A stretch of DNA of 64,000 bases from sequence record NZ_CP118990.1. One strand, written 5' to 3'. Under the pieces are notes generated by a model. That model did no database searches. It worked only from the letters and a program-made list of their open reading frames with translations, and had not been told where the DNA came from. The translations under genes and the position numbers were made by a program. This document shows, piece by piece, positions 1-9,940 of the stretch. This stretch comes from a plasmid. The stretch's first letter is position 1; every line of letters starts with the position of its first letter.

Positions 1-35
1 GACACCAGCATAGCCATTCAAACACTTCCATTCGT

Positions 36-67
36 AAGCCCGGTTAACTACCGGGCTTTTTTTTTTA
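36..67 (+). terminator. Rho-independent terminator of the upstream gene (outside window)
   Basis: GC hairpin aagcccgg/ccgggctt followed by a T10 run. Confidence 0.6.
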
Positions 68-157
68 CGATACCGCTGGATGTGACCAAAATGGGCCGTT
101 ACACAGTCGAGGCTATTTAATCCCCGCAGATACACTCCCAGCATCTAGGAGTTCGAC

Positions 158-883
158 ATGGGGGTAAACATGCTTGGAAAAATTCTTGGGGGGCTGATGG
201 TGCTAGGGGTCACAACCATCCCGGCTCCATTGGTTGCAGCCTCAAAGCTGGAAATTACAGATCCCAGGGCGGCCAAGATCAAGGAGATTGTGACCCTGCC
301 CATCAAGGGGATCAGAGCAGTCGAGAGTGATGGTCAGATCGTCTTCATCTCAGACAACGGTAGGTTTGTCATTACAGGGCAGATTTACGATGTGTGGGGT
401 AAAAAACCCCTCAGCTCGATGTCGGAAATGCGTGATGTCGCCGACCGCTTGCATCTCCAGGATATGGGAATGGATGTTGATAAGCTGAACACCATCTCGT
501 TCGGGCATGGGCCAAAGGATGTGGTTCTGTTTGTCGATCCACGCTGCGGTGTCTGCCACAAGTTGATTGGTGAGGCCAAGCCATTGGCTGAGGAATACAC
601 CTTCAAGATCGTCGTTATCCCTGCCCTAGGGGATGAATCAAACCAGCTTGCCAAAGCGCTGCACTGCGCGAAGGACAAAACCAATGCGCTGGATGCGCTC
701 TTGAATAACACCCTGGGTGCTCTCCCGTCAAAATCGCCATGCGATCCCGCTCAATATGACCAGACCCTGATGACAGCCCACCTGATCGGTATTCAGGGGG
801 TGCCTTTCGTCGTTGCACCCGATGGACGTGTAAGCAAGGGACGCCCTAATAACCTGAAAGCATGGTTGGAGAGTGCACAATGA
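158..883 (+). CDS. dsbC: DsbC-like periplasmic thiol:disulfide interchange protein of the conjugation cluster
   Basis: N-terminal signal peptide; thioredoxin-fold CGVC active-site motif (RCGVCHKL); AGGAG RBS 6 nt upstream; sits immediately upstream of traC as in SXT/R391 and F-type (TrbB) systems. Confidence 0.65.
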   Translation: MGVNMLGKILGGLMVLGVTTIPAPLVAASKLEITDPRAAKIKEIVTLPIKGIRAVESDGQIVFISDNGRFVITGQIYDVWGKKPLSSMSEMRDVADRLHLQDMGMDVDKLNTISFGHGPKDVVLFVDPRCGVCHKLIGEAKPLAEEYTFKIVVIPALGDESNQLAKALHCAKDKTNALDALLNNTLGALPSKSPCDPAQYDQTLMTAHLIGIQGVPFVVAPDGRVSKGRPNNLKAWLESAQ

Positions 884-3324
884 TCGTGACCATCAAGAAG
901 AAGCTCGACGGTGCGTTGATCCCGGAACATATGCGAGCCTCCGGAGTGATCCCTGTCCTGGCCTATAGCGAAGATGAACAGATATTCCTCATGGATGATC
1001 AGAGCGCCGGTTTCGGTTTTATCTGTGAGCCTCTGTGTGGGGCGGATGAAAAGGTGCAGGAGCGTATGAACGGCTTCCTGAATCAGGAGTACCCCTCCAA
1101 GACGACAATCCAGTTCCTGTTATTCAGATCCCCCGATATAAACCAAGAGATGTACCAGATGCAGGGGCTGCGTGACGGCTTCCGTCATAGCCTGCTGAGC
1201 TCCGTCATCCAAGAGCGAATCAGCTATCTCCAGCACCACACAACAGAAAGGATCATGGCGAGGACCAGCAAGGGCATCTACGACAACGGCCTGATCCAAG
1301 ACCTCAAATTGTTCGTTACGTGCAAAGTTCCCATCAAAGGCAACACCCCGAACGCGACTGAGCTCGCTGAGCTCGACCAATTGAAAACCAAGGTTGAGTC
1401 CTCTCTTCAAACGGTTGGCCTGCGGCCTAGGACAATGACCGCTGTGAACTATGTCCGAATCATGGGCACCCTTCTCAATTGGGGACCGGATGCTTCTTGG
1501 CGCCACGATGCCAGCCTATGGGAAACAGATAAGCCGATTTGTGAGCAACTCTTTGACTACGGTACAGACCTTGAAGTCAGTAAAAATGGCATTCGTTTGG
1601 GCGACTATCATGCCAAGGTGCTGTCAGCGAAGAAGCTACCGGATATTGCCTACTTTGGGGATGCGATCGCCTATGCAGGGGACCTGACGGGGGGTAACTC
1701 CAGCATCAAAGAGAACTACATCGTGGTTACCAACGTCTTCTTCCCCGAGGTGGAGAGCACCAAAAATACCCTTGAGCGCAAGAGGCAGTTTACGGTCAAC
1801 CAAGCTTACGGCCCGATGCTCAAGTTTGTCCCGGTCCTGGCAGACAAGAAGGAATCTTTTGACACGGTATATGAGTCCCTGAAAGAGGGGGCCAAACCGG
1901 TCAAGATAAGCTACTCCCTCGTGATTTTTGCCCCGACGAAGGAGAGAGTTGAATCGGCGGCAACAGCTGCACGGAGCATTTGGCGTGAGAGCCGTTTCGA
2001 GCTGATGGAAGATCGCTTTGTTGCCCTGCCGATATTCCTCAATAGCCTTCCGTTCTGCACCGACCGGGACGCAGTGCGTGATCTTTTCCGGTACAAGACC
2101 ATGACAAGCGAACAGGCAGCCGTCGTGCTACCGGTGTTTGGTGAGTGGAAAGGCACCGGCACATTTCATGCTGCTTTGATCTCCCGCAACGGGCAGCTCA
2201 TGAGCCTGTCGCTGCATGACAGTAACACCAACAAGAACCTTGTCATTGCCGCAGAGTCTGGTTCCGGCAAGTCGTTCCTGACCAACGAACTGATCTGCTC
2301 CTACCTCTCCGAGGGAGCTCAGGTGTGGGTTATTGACGCCGGTAAGTCCTATCAGAAAATGTCAGAGATGCTCAAGGGCGATTTTGTGCACTTTGAAGAG
2401 GGGACCCACGTTTGCCTCAACCCGTTTGAGCTGATCCAGAACTACGAGGATGAGGAGGATGCCATCGTGAGCCTGGTGTGCGCGATGGCTTCTTCCAAGG
2501 GGCTGTTGGTTGAGTGGCAAATCTCCGCACTGAAACAGGTGTTGTCCTCGATATGGGAAGAGAAGGGCACCGAGATGAAGGTGGACGACATCGCTGAGCG
2601 CTGCTTGGAGGGGGCGGATCAGCGCATGAAGGACGTGGGCCAGCAACTCTATGCCTTCACGTCAGGAGGTAGCTACGGCAAGTATTTCTCGCAGAAGAAC
2701 AACGTTTCTTTCCAGAACCAATTCACTGTGCTTGAGCTGGATGAGCTCCAGGGGCGAAAACACCTGCGGCAGGTAGTTCTGCTCCAGCTTATCTACCAGA
2801 TCCAACAAGAGGTGTTCCTAGGGGAGCGCAACCGCAAAAAAGTGGTGATCGTGGATGAGGCTTGGGACCTGCTGAAAGAGGGCGAAGTCTCGGTTTTCAT
2901 GGAACATGCCTACCGGAAATTCCGTAAATATGGTGGCAGCGTTGTCATCGCAACCCAGTCTATCAATGACCTGTATGAAAACGCAGTGGGACGGGCCATT
3001 GCTGAGAACTCAGCGAGCATGTACCTGCTCGGGCAGACAGAAGAGACCGTCGAATCAGTCAAACGAGCTGGTCGTCTGGCCCTCTCGGATGGCGGTTTCC
3101 ACACCCTCAAAACAGTTCACACCATTCAGGGTGTCTATTCAGAAATCTTCATCAAGTCGAAAGCCGGGATGGGCGTCGGCCGCCTGATCGTGGGTGACTT
3201 CCAGAAGCTTCTGTACTCGACAGACCCGGCGGATGTGAATGCCATCGATCAGTTCGTCAACCAAGGGCTCACTGTCCCAGACGCTATCAAAGCGGTGATG
3301 CAAGCCCGCCGACAAGCAGCATAA
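880..3324 (+). CDS. traC: TraC, F-type T4SS ATPase (VirB4 family)
   Basis: ~815 aa; Walker A AAESGSGKSFLT; Walker B-like VVIVDEAWDLL; start ATG overlaps the dsbC stop (ATGA) with a GGAGAG RBS. Confidence 0.85.
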   Translation: MIVTIKKKLDGALIPEHMRASGVIPVLAYSEDEQIFLMDDQSAGFGFICEPLCGADEKVQERMNGFLNQEYPSKTTIQFLLFRSPDINQEMYQMQGLRDGFRHSLLSSVIQERISYLQHHTTERIMARTSKGIYDNGLIQDLKLFVTCKVPIKGNTPNATELAELDQLKTKVESSLQTVGLRPRTMTAVNYVRIMGTLLNWGPDASWRHDASLWETDKPICEQLFDYGTDLEVSKNGIRLGDYHAKVLSAKKLPDIAYFGDAIAYAGDLTGGNSSIKENYIVVTNVFFPEVESTKNTLERKRQFTVNQAYGPMLKFVPVLADKKESFDTVYESLKEGAKPVKISYSLVIFAPTKERVESAATAARSIWRESRFELMEDRFVALPIFLNSLPFCTDRDAVRDLFRYKTMTSEQAAVVLPVFGEWKGTGTFHAALISRNGQLMSLSLHDSNTNKNLVIAAESGSGKSFLTNELICSYLSEGAQVWVIDAGKSYQKMSEMLKGDFVHFEEGTHVCLNPFELIQNYEDEEDAIVSLVCAMASSKGLLVEWQISALKQVLSSIWEEKGTEMKVDDIAERCLEGADQRMKDVGQQLYAFTSGGSYGKYFSQKNNVSFQNQFTVLELDELQGRKHLRQVVLLQLIYQIQQEVFLGERNRKKVVIVDEAWDLLKEGEVSVFMEHAYRKFRKYGGSVVIATQSINDLYENAVGRAIAENSASMYLLGQTEETVESVKRAGRLALSDGGFHTLKTVHTIQGVYSEIFIKSKAGMGVGRLIVGDFQKLLYSTDPADVNAIDQFVNQGLTVPDAIKAVMQARRQAA

Positions 3325-3337
3325 ACGAGAGAAGAGA

Positions 3338-3655
3338 ATGGACATCAAATCGATTGCAATCGCCGCGGTACTCGGTGCCGCTGGTGGCTTTAGTGGCAGC
3401 TATTACGTGCTGAATGAACAAACCTCGGCCATGCAAGAACGGCTGAACCAGTCTCCGCCCATCGTCGTCGTGGATTTCACCAAAGTTGCAGCCTCATATC
3501 CTGCTGGGGCCTCCGCAGAAGAGGTAGAGAAACTGATGGTCAAGACCAACGATGCGATCCTCAAACTCAAGGATGCGGGCTACTTGGTCCTCGATGCGGG
3601 ATCTGTGGTTGGTGCCCCTAGCGATGTCTACCTGCCGGAGGATTGGCTGAAATGA
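3338..3655 (+). CDS. Small secreted hypothetical protein of the tra cluster
   Basis: 105 aa with a hydrophobic signal-peptide-like N-terminus; RBS present; tightly packed between traC and the peptidase gene. Confidence 0.45.
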   Translation: MDIKSIAIAAVLGAAGGFSGSYYVLNEQTSAMQERLNQSPPIVVVDFTKVAASYPAGASAEEVEKLMVKTNDAILKLKDAGYLVLDAGSVVGAPSDVYLPEDWLK

Positions 3656-4185
3656 TCCAATCCCCGAAGGACTGGCTAGTGAAGAAGAGGGAGTCATGGC
3701 CGCGTTTTGGTATGAAAGCTGCCCTTGTGCTGCTGGCTCTGCTGGTGACGGGCAATGGGTTCATGAGCAGGTACCGCATTGGTATCGACCCGCAGAATGA
3801 AAAATGTCTCCCTGGGTACACGGTGTATTTGATCGATTTGAATGATCGGTCACTTCAAAAGGGAGCGATTTACTCCTTCCACGCAAAGAATCTCCAACCG
3901 CTCTACAAAGACGGCACCCGTATGGTCAAGATCTTGGCCGGAATGCCTGGGGACGTAGTGGAAGTTGACCAGTCATGGAATACCACGGTGAACGGGGAGG
4001 TCGTCGGGGAGGGGCTCCAGCTCGCTCGTAGGCTGCATCTCAATGAGAGCCAGTTTTACGGTAAGCGGACACTGACGGAAGGACACTACTGGTTTATGGG
4101 GAAGAGCCCATTCAGTTTCGACTCACGCTATTGGGGGACGGTGAACGATGAGCAAATCATTGGTCGCGCTTATCCCCTCCTATAA
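3652..4185 (+). CDS. trhF: TrhF/TraF-like signal-peptidase (S26) family pilus assembly protein
   Basis: N-terminal TM segment; conserved S26/TraF-type C-terminal motif (SFDSRYWG); GGAGGA RBS; position after traC. Confidence 0.6.
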   Translation: MIQSPKDWLVKKRESWPRFGMKAALVLLALLVTGNGFMSRYRIGIDPQNEKCLPGYTVYLIDLNDRSLQKGAIYSFHAKNLQPLYKDGTRMVKILAGMPGDVVEVDQSWNTTVNGEVVGEGLQLARRLHLNESQFYGKRTLTEGHYWFMGKSPFSFDSRYWGTVNDEQIIGRAYPLL

Positions 4186-5413
4186 GAGGATTGCGGTAGC
4201 AGTGCTGCTTGCCACGTCAGGCAATGCTTTCTCTCAAAATGCAGTCTTGACGGAGGAAGACATCGCCTTGATCGAGCAAGGGAGGTCTATCTCCAAAAAA
4301 GCGTCAGAGCTCGATCTATCGTTGCCCTTGCAGAATCGGCACATGAGTGAGGCTCAGAACGAAGCGAAGGATTTTTTCAGCCAGCTCCAGTCAACCGATA
4401 AAACCCTGAAAGAGATGCAGCGTAAGCAAGCGGAGAAGGGGGTATATACCGACCATCGGATGCTCGTCTTTGCTTCGCTCTCTTTGGGTGAGCAGGGGCT
4501 TGATGATGTGCTCTCCGCCGTATCAGGCCAGTCTGATGCGGTGATTGTGTTCCGGGGCATTCCTGAGGGGATGAACCTCGGCCAAGGGGTCAAGGCCATT
4601 CAGGATCTTGCGGCCAAGAAGGACCCGGTGCCGAACATTATCATCAATCCCCAGTTGTTCAAGCTGCACAATGTTACGTCGGTACCGACCGTCATCATAC
4701 TTGACGGCGAGCAACTGTTGGGCCAGCAACCAAAGGTGGTGGCCCAGGTTTCCGGTCTGGCGGATCCATCTTGGCTGGCTCGGGAGGTCAAAAGTGGGGA
4801 GGTGGGGGATCTTGGCGTGAGGGGGCCCGTGGAGGAGATCAGCGAACCTGACCTCATAGACGTTGCCAAAGCACGTCTTGCCAAGATCGATTGGGCGGAG
4901 AAGAAGAAACAAGCCATTGAGCGGTTCTGGAGCAAGCAGAACTTCCATGAGCTGCCTAGGGCGACTAAGGCACGGACTCGTGAAGTGGACCCAAGTGTCG
5001 TGGTGACGAAGGATATTGCAGCTGCGGATGGGTCAGTGTTCGCTCGGGCCGGTGAAGTGATCAACCCCCTGTGCGATCTCCGCATGGAATGTCAGCCAGG
5101 GACTCGCCCTTTCACGCAGGCGGTAGTCGTCTTCGATCCACAGGACAAAAAGCAGATGGCTCTGCTGGCGAAAGCTCTGCCAAAAATAAGGCTGGAGCCT
5201 GGGGTTCAAAGAATCACCTTCATAGCCACGGCCCTTGATAAAGACAAGGGATGGGACTCCTACAAGAGTGTCTCTGACCAGATTAACTCGCCAATTTACC
5301 TGTTGACCCCGGATCTCATTTCCAGATTCGAGCTGGAGCATACCCCGACAGTCATCACAGCCAAGAACCGGATGTTCATTGTCCGCGAGCTCGTAGAGGA
5401 AGCTGATAAATGA
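4148..5413 (+). CDS. traW: TraW-like periplasmic pilus assembly protein
   Basis: 421 aa with signal peptide; position between trhF and traU matches SXT/R391 gene order; identity inferred from synteny. Confidence 0.5.
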   Translation: MSKSLVALIPSYKRIAVAVLLATSGNAFSQNAVLTEEDIALIEQGRSISKKASELDLSLPLQNRHMSEAQNEAKDFFSQLQSTDKTLKEMQRKQAEKGVYTDHRMLVFASLSLGEQGLDDVLSAVSGQSDAVIVFRGIPEGMNLGQGVKAIQDLAAKKDPVPNIIINPQLFKLHNVTSVPTVIILDGEQLLGQQPKVVAQVSGLADPSWLAREVKSGEVGDLGVRGPVEEISEPDLIDVAKARLAKIDWAEKKKQAIERFWSKQNFHELPRATKARTREVDPSVVVTKDIAAADGSVFARAGEVINPLCDLRMECQPGTRPFTQAVVVFDPQDKKQMALLAKALPKIRLEPGVQRITFIATALDKDKGWDSYKSVSDQINSPIYLLTPDLISRFELEHTPTVITAKNRMFIVRELVEEADK

Positions 5414-6081
5414 TTTTCGCCCCGGCTTTCCAACCAATTAAACATGTCGGCACAGGATCCTTTGTCGCAGCGGAGGTTCTGGCTCGCTGGTATGACGAAG
5501 GCCGGGTGGTTGCGCCATCCAATATCAAGGTACCTTTGAACTGGGGGCTGGTGGATATAGAGGTAGCAAGGTTCATTCAAAACAACTTGCCATTTGGTCG
5601 AGTTCAACATCGTGCTCTATTCATTAATGTCTCGGAGCAAACTCTCGGTACGGACAGTATTTTTCAGACATGGGCAGGGATTATTAACCGAATTGCCAAG
5701 GATCGGGATACCCGAATTGTCATTGAAATTACAGAGGGCGTACAGGATACGTCTTTAGCCGAGAGATGGGATGCACTAGCAAATTTGGGGGGAGAGTTTG
5801 CACTCGATGATTACGGTGATAAGCACTCGTCCATGGCGAGGCTGAGTCAATACGTTTGGCATTATTGCAAGTTTGACGCAAGCAGGCTCCATTCTTTGGT
5901 GGACTATCCAGCAATTCAATATTGCCGCGAAAATGGAATTCAGCTGATTGCTGAGCAAATTGAAACTCCCCTCCAGGAAGAACGTGCCAAATTATTTGGG
6001 CTGTTGTTGCAGCAAGGTTTCTATCACGGGAAACCGACAGCTTTGGACGAATATATGAATTGCGTAAAGGCCTTATCATGA
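5410..6081 (+). CDS. Stand-alone EAL-domain protein (putative c-di-GMP phosphodiesterase, possibly degenerate)
   Basis: EAL-family motifs: FQPI..G.....EVLARW (EAL as EVL), DDYGDKHSS (DDFGTGYSS-like), ...IAEQIET...QGFYHGKP C-terminal motif; ATGA start/stop overlap with traW implies translational coupling inside the tra operon. Confidence 0.6.
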   Translation: MIFAPAFQPIKHVGTGSFVAAEVLARWYDEGRVVAPSNIKVPLNWGLVDIEVARFIQNNLPFGRVQHRALFINVSEQTLGTDSIFQTWAGIINRIAKDRDTRIVIEITEGVQDTSLAERWDALANLGGEFALDDYGDKHSSMARLSQYVWHYCKFDASRLHSLVDYPAIQYCRENGIQLIAEQIETPLQEERAKLFGLLLQQGFYHGKPTALDEYMNCVKALS

Positions 6082-7085
6082 TTACGAAAATCTTGAGAGT
6101 TATTGCCGTGAGTGCAGCGCTTTGGGGCGGTTCTGTCGCCGCCGACCCAGGATGCCAAAATGCCGATGTGATTAGTGGGAAGCTAATCACAGATGTCTGC
6201 TGGAGCTGCATTTTCCCTATCAAAATTGCAGGTGTCCCGATCAGTGGTCCTGGTGGGAGTTATCCCGATGACTCAGCCAAGAATCCGCTGTGTTTGTGCA
6301 ACGACAACTTGGGAGTCCCCCGACCGGGGGTAACCACCTCGATGTGGGAGCCAGCGAGACTCATCGAGTTCCAACGGGTACCGGGTTGCTCATCGGTTCT
6401 TAATGGCATGAGATTCCCATTTGACAGGACCAACCAGGGACACCACGGGGAAGGGGATATGGATGGTGGGGATGGGTCGTTCATGCACTACCACTACTAC
6501 GCCTTCCCGTTGCTGACGATGCTGGATCTCTTCGTCAAGCAAGCCTGTAATCCAGATGGTTACATGGACCTGGACATCATGTACCTCTCCGAACTGGACC
6601 CTACCTGGAACAACGATGAGTTGGCCTTCTTTACTAACCCTGAGGCGGCCCTGGTTGCGAACCCCGTTGCGGCAATGGCCTGTACCGCTGATGCAGTGTC
6701 ATCCACAGCGGGCAAGCCATTAAAGCAGATGTTCTGGTGCGCGGGCTCCTGGGGGACTCTGTACCCGCTGAGCGGTAACCAGAACGGAGGGAAGGGGGTG
6801 ATCAGGGATAGTTCTTTGCTGAGCGCTAGGGTGCTCACGGCGCTTCACCGCCGCGGCCTTGCATGGAAGACCATGGGAGATGAGGCGATGTGTCGGGGGG
6901 TGATTAGCCCGACGATGCCTAAGACACAGTATAAGTTCACGTTGTTGCATCCCGTGCCAGAGACAGATTCATCCCACGTCATCGGCGAATCTGCATTGAC
7001 TTGGGGCCTTTCCAAAACGATCCCAGCAATAGGTCAAGACCCAATCTATACCATCTGGCGATGGAACGACTGCTGCAACAGGTAA
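6078..7085 (+). CDS. traU: TraU-like pilus assembly protein
   Basis: Signal peptide; multiple conserved Cys typical of TraU; position between traW and traN. Confidence 0.55.
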   Translation: MITKILRVIAVSAALWGGSVAADPGCQNADVISGKLITDVCWSCIFPIKIAGVPISGPGGSYPDDSAKNPLCLCNDNLGVPRPGVTTSMWEPARLIEFQRVPGCSSVLNGMRFPFDRTNQGHHGEGDMDGGDGSFMHYHYYAFPLLTMLDLFVKQACNPDGYMDLDIMYLSELDPTWNNDELAFFTNPEAALVANPVAAMACTADAVSSTAGKPLKQMFWCAGSWGTLYPLSGNQNGGKGVIRDSSLLSARVLTALHRRGLAWKTMGDEAMCRGVISPTMPKTQYKFTLLHPVPETDSSHVIGESALTWGLSKTIPAIGQDPIYTIWRWNDCCNR

Positions 7086-7094
7086 GGACGTGAT

Positions 7095-9869
7095 ATGAAC
7101 AACCAATCGGTAGTCTACAAATTCATTGCAGCTACACTGACGCTCACCATTTCAATGCTGCCTGTGCATGGGTACGCCGCTGACGGCATCGCTAAAGTCG
7201 GAATGGAAGCTCAGGATCTGGGCAATGAGATGGCTAACTCATTCAAAGGATCGTCGGGTTCGGTGCAGAACGGGCAAATTACACTGCCATCCATCAAAGA
7301 TGGGAAATTTGATACATCAGGACAGGCTAGTTTTAGCGTCAATGAGCTATTCCCAGGTACTAGCGGTTCAAATTCTCAAGGGAGTAGCTACTACTTCCCG
7401 GATGCGAACAATCCGAACGTTGATAATTTAAAGGGTATGTACGACTCGAATACGAATATGGATTCGCAAGGCGGTAATGCTCAAGGTTCTCTTTATTCTG
7501 ATGCGAATGGTAGTAGTCCATCAATATCCGGTGCGGCATATAAAGTGTTGCTTGATGCAGCCAATCGCTCAAGGCCTGATTTCTCCAATGATCCGATGCT
7601 AAATATGAGCAAAGACACCTATGAGAATATAGATCTTATTTCACAGGGGTTTGGGGATTGCTCTGCTGAGTCAGTGATTAAAGACTCCACTCTAAATACT
7701 CATGTGCCGAAATATGAACGCTGCCAGAGAGTAATGGATCAGAGTGCTGACTGCGAGGTTCTTCATGATTATGATGCGTCGGTTGTGAAGCACTATGACG
7801 GTCCATACAACATAAAATCGTGCGGTGCTGACTGCACTGAATTATGGATTGGTCAGGTTGCGGATAACTACTGGAAAGGCTGGTGTACTATTTATGAAGA
7901 ATACACCAGAGTGATTGTTAGCAACCCTGAGGCAATTGTTTCTGCAACTTTGGAATACGCAAAGTATGACGATTACATGCAAGTTTGGGTAGGCAAATCA
8001 GGAGCGGAAACAAAAGTTTGGCAGGGGCCGAATAACGATTTTCCTCCAGAAACAGCTGGTGAATGTGAGTTGAATACAAGCTGGGAGCAAAACCCAAATG
8101 TAGACGTTACTAAATACTTTAAGAACGTTAACCCAGGGGATGTTGTTACATTTAAAATTAGAGTTTCGGTAGCTGATGAAGGTGAGGGGTTCGGGCGAAT
8201 TAAACTGAGATTTGACCCTTCTAAAACGGTCACAAAGGATACCTGGACTCCACAATCCTGTTTGGACTCGGCTAAAGGTGTCGTTGATAAATTTGCTAAG
8301 GGTTCTTTCGTGTGCAATGACATGCCTGTGGTTGATGCGGATAAATGCACAATTCTGAACGGCATTCGTGTTTGTGAAAGTGACCTTGCTGAATCCCCTC
8401 TGCCGGGGATTGATCGCTTGTGCAGAAAGGTACATGTCAAGGCTGACTGGGATTATTATAAGGGGCAAATGGAGTGCTGGGTTGACCCTCAAGGGGAAAA
8501 GCATTGCCCGGTTAATAATGGTGGAAATCTGAACTCATGCAAGCAGTATGAAAACAACCCTCAGTGTGGGTTCATCAGCTCAGAGTGTATTGACGGTGCA
8601 CAGGGTCAGTCAGGCACATGTTATGTGTTCAAGGATACCTACGATTGCGGCACAGATGTTAAAGTCCCCTCCATGGAGAAGGAGACAGAGTTCAAGTGTG
8701 GGGGACCTATTCGTTGCATGGGTGACGATTGTCTCGACATGACTAAGACGCAGAGCTCAGACTTTGCAAAAGCAACGGCATTGCTCAACGCCGCGCAGTT
8801 TATGACTCAAGATATGACTTGCACGGGCCAAGATGGAAATGACAAGCCTACGGGCGAAGAGAACGTTATTTGTTCCGCCTTTGCGGGAAAAAAAGGCGAG
8901 TGTAAAATTGCGGTCGGCGGCGTATCAGACTGCTGTGAAAAGCCGACCAATATTTCTTTGTCTGATTACCTCGCCTTGATCATGGCGGTGCCAAAGCTGG
9001 ATGGTGCTGTAATGAGCCTAAGTGACGGTAATGTGATGAAAGGGGCATATCAGGTAATCCGCGACCCGGCTGTCCAAGGATGGACCGAAGTTACTAAGCC
9101 ATTCACCAGTTACGTTGAAAACCTGTCAGGAAGTGTGGACTCATTCACTCAGCCAATTGAGCAGTTCGTTGATCAATTTATTGATCAGATTAAAGCTCAG
9201 ATAAAAGAAGTGATGATGGATGTGTTTAAATCAGCTGGGCAAGATGCTGCAACTGAACAGGCGGCCGCGGCCGCTTCCGAACAGGCAGCAGAGCAATTGA
9301 TGCAAAGCGCCGCCACATGGATGAGTACGGCAATGACCATTTATACAATTTATGTCGTTACAATGGTCATGATTCAAATGATCTGGAAGTGTGAAGAAGA
9401 TGAGTTCACTATGAATGCGCAACGTGCTTTGGATAATTGCACCTATGTTGGTTCATATTGTAAAACGAAAGTATTGGGTCAATGTATTGAGGAGCGAGAA
9501 GCTTATTGCTGCTTTAACTCCCCCCTTTCTAGAATTATCCAAGAGCAAGTTAGACCTCAGTTGGGACAAGACTTTGGCTCGGCAGAAAGCCCACAATGCC
9601 AAGGTATTCCTCTGGCTGACATTGGGAAAATTGACTGGAATAAAGTGGATTTGACCGAATGGCTCGGTATTTTACAGCAGAACGGGAAGTTTCCAAATCC
9701 ACAAGACATGGACATCAACAAGCTTACCGGTCAGGGCAGTGATTTTAATATTGATGGTGGAAGAAAAAATGCTCAGGAAAGAGCAACAGATAGACTAGAT
9801 GGTATTGATGTTGATGCTGTCAGGAAAAAGGTGACTGACAATATGGATGTTCCTACTGGTAGCAATTAA
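7095..9869 (+). CDS. traN: TraN, large cysteine-rich outer-membrane mating-pair stabilisation protein
   Basis: 924 aa; signal peptide; very Cys-rich C-terminal half (many CxxC/CC pairs) as in F-type TraN; followed by a terminator. Confidence 0.65.
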   Translation: MNNQSVVYKFIAATLTLTISMLPVHGYAADGIAKVGMEAQDLGNEMANSFKGSSGSVQNGQITLPSIKDGKFDTSGQASFSVNELFPGTSGSNSQGSSYYFPDANNPNVDNLKGMYDSNTNMDSQGGNAQGSLYSDANGSSPSISGAAYKVLLDAANRSRPDFSNDPMLNMSKDTYENIDLISQGFGDCSAESVIKDSTLNTHVPKYERCQRVMDQSADCEVLHDYDASVVKHYDGPYNIKSCGADCTELWIGQVADNYWKGWCTIYEEYTRVIVSNPEAIVSATLEYAKYDDYMQVWVGKSGAETKVWQGPNNDFPPETAGECELNTSWEQNPNVDVTKYFKNVNPGDVVTFKIRVSVADEGEGFGRIKLRFDPSKTVTKDTWTPQSCLDSAKGVVDKFAKGSFVCNDMPVVDADKCTILNGIRVCESDLAESPLPGIDRLCRKVHVKADWDYYKGQMECWVDPQGEKHCPVNNGGNLNSCKQYENNPQCGFISSECIDGAQGQSGTCYVFKDTYDCGTDVKVPSMEKETEFKCGGPIRCMGDDCLDMTKTQSSDFAKATALLNAAQFMTQDMTCTGQDGNDKPTGEENVICSAFAGKKGECKIAVGGVSDCCEKPTNISLSDYLALIMAVPKLDGAVMSLSDGNVMKGAYQVIRDPAVQGWTEVTKPFTSYVENLSGSVDSFTQPIEQFVDQFIDQIKAQIKEVMMDVFKSAGQDAATEQAAAAASEQAAEQLMQSAATWMSTAMTIYTIYVVTMVMIQMIWKCEEDEFTMNAQRALDNCTYVGSYCKTKVLGQCIEEREAYCCFNSPLSRIIQEQVRPQLGQDFGSAESPQCQGIPLADIGKIDWNKVDLTEWLGILQQNGKFPNPQDMDINKLTGQGSDFNIDGGRKNAQERATDRLDGIDVDAVRKKVTDNMDVPTGSN

Positions 9870-9883
9870 CCCGAATTGCGTGA

Positions 9884-9913
9884 AAAAGGGAGGCATGATG
9901 CCTCCTTTTTTAT
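9884..9913 (+). terminator. Rho-independent terminator after traN
   Basis: Hairpin aaagggagg-catgatg-cctccttt followed by a T-run. Confidence 0.7.
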
Positions 9914-9940
9914 TGGGTGCAGGTTGCTAGATCTAGCCCG

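Noticed and set aside
350-818. Three minus-strand ORFs (69, 108, 67 aa) inside the dsbC-like gene
   Set aside because: They are embedded antisense in a well-supported CDS and have no translation signals.
1120-3187. Several antisense and alternative-frame ORFs inside traC (e.g. 1120-1506, 1911-2162, 2362-2646, 2906-3187)
   Set aside because: They are fully embedded in the strongly supported traC reading frame and have no RBS. Typical shadow ORFs.
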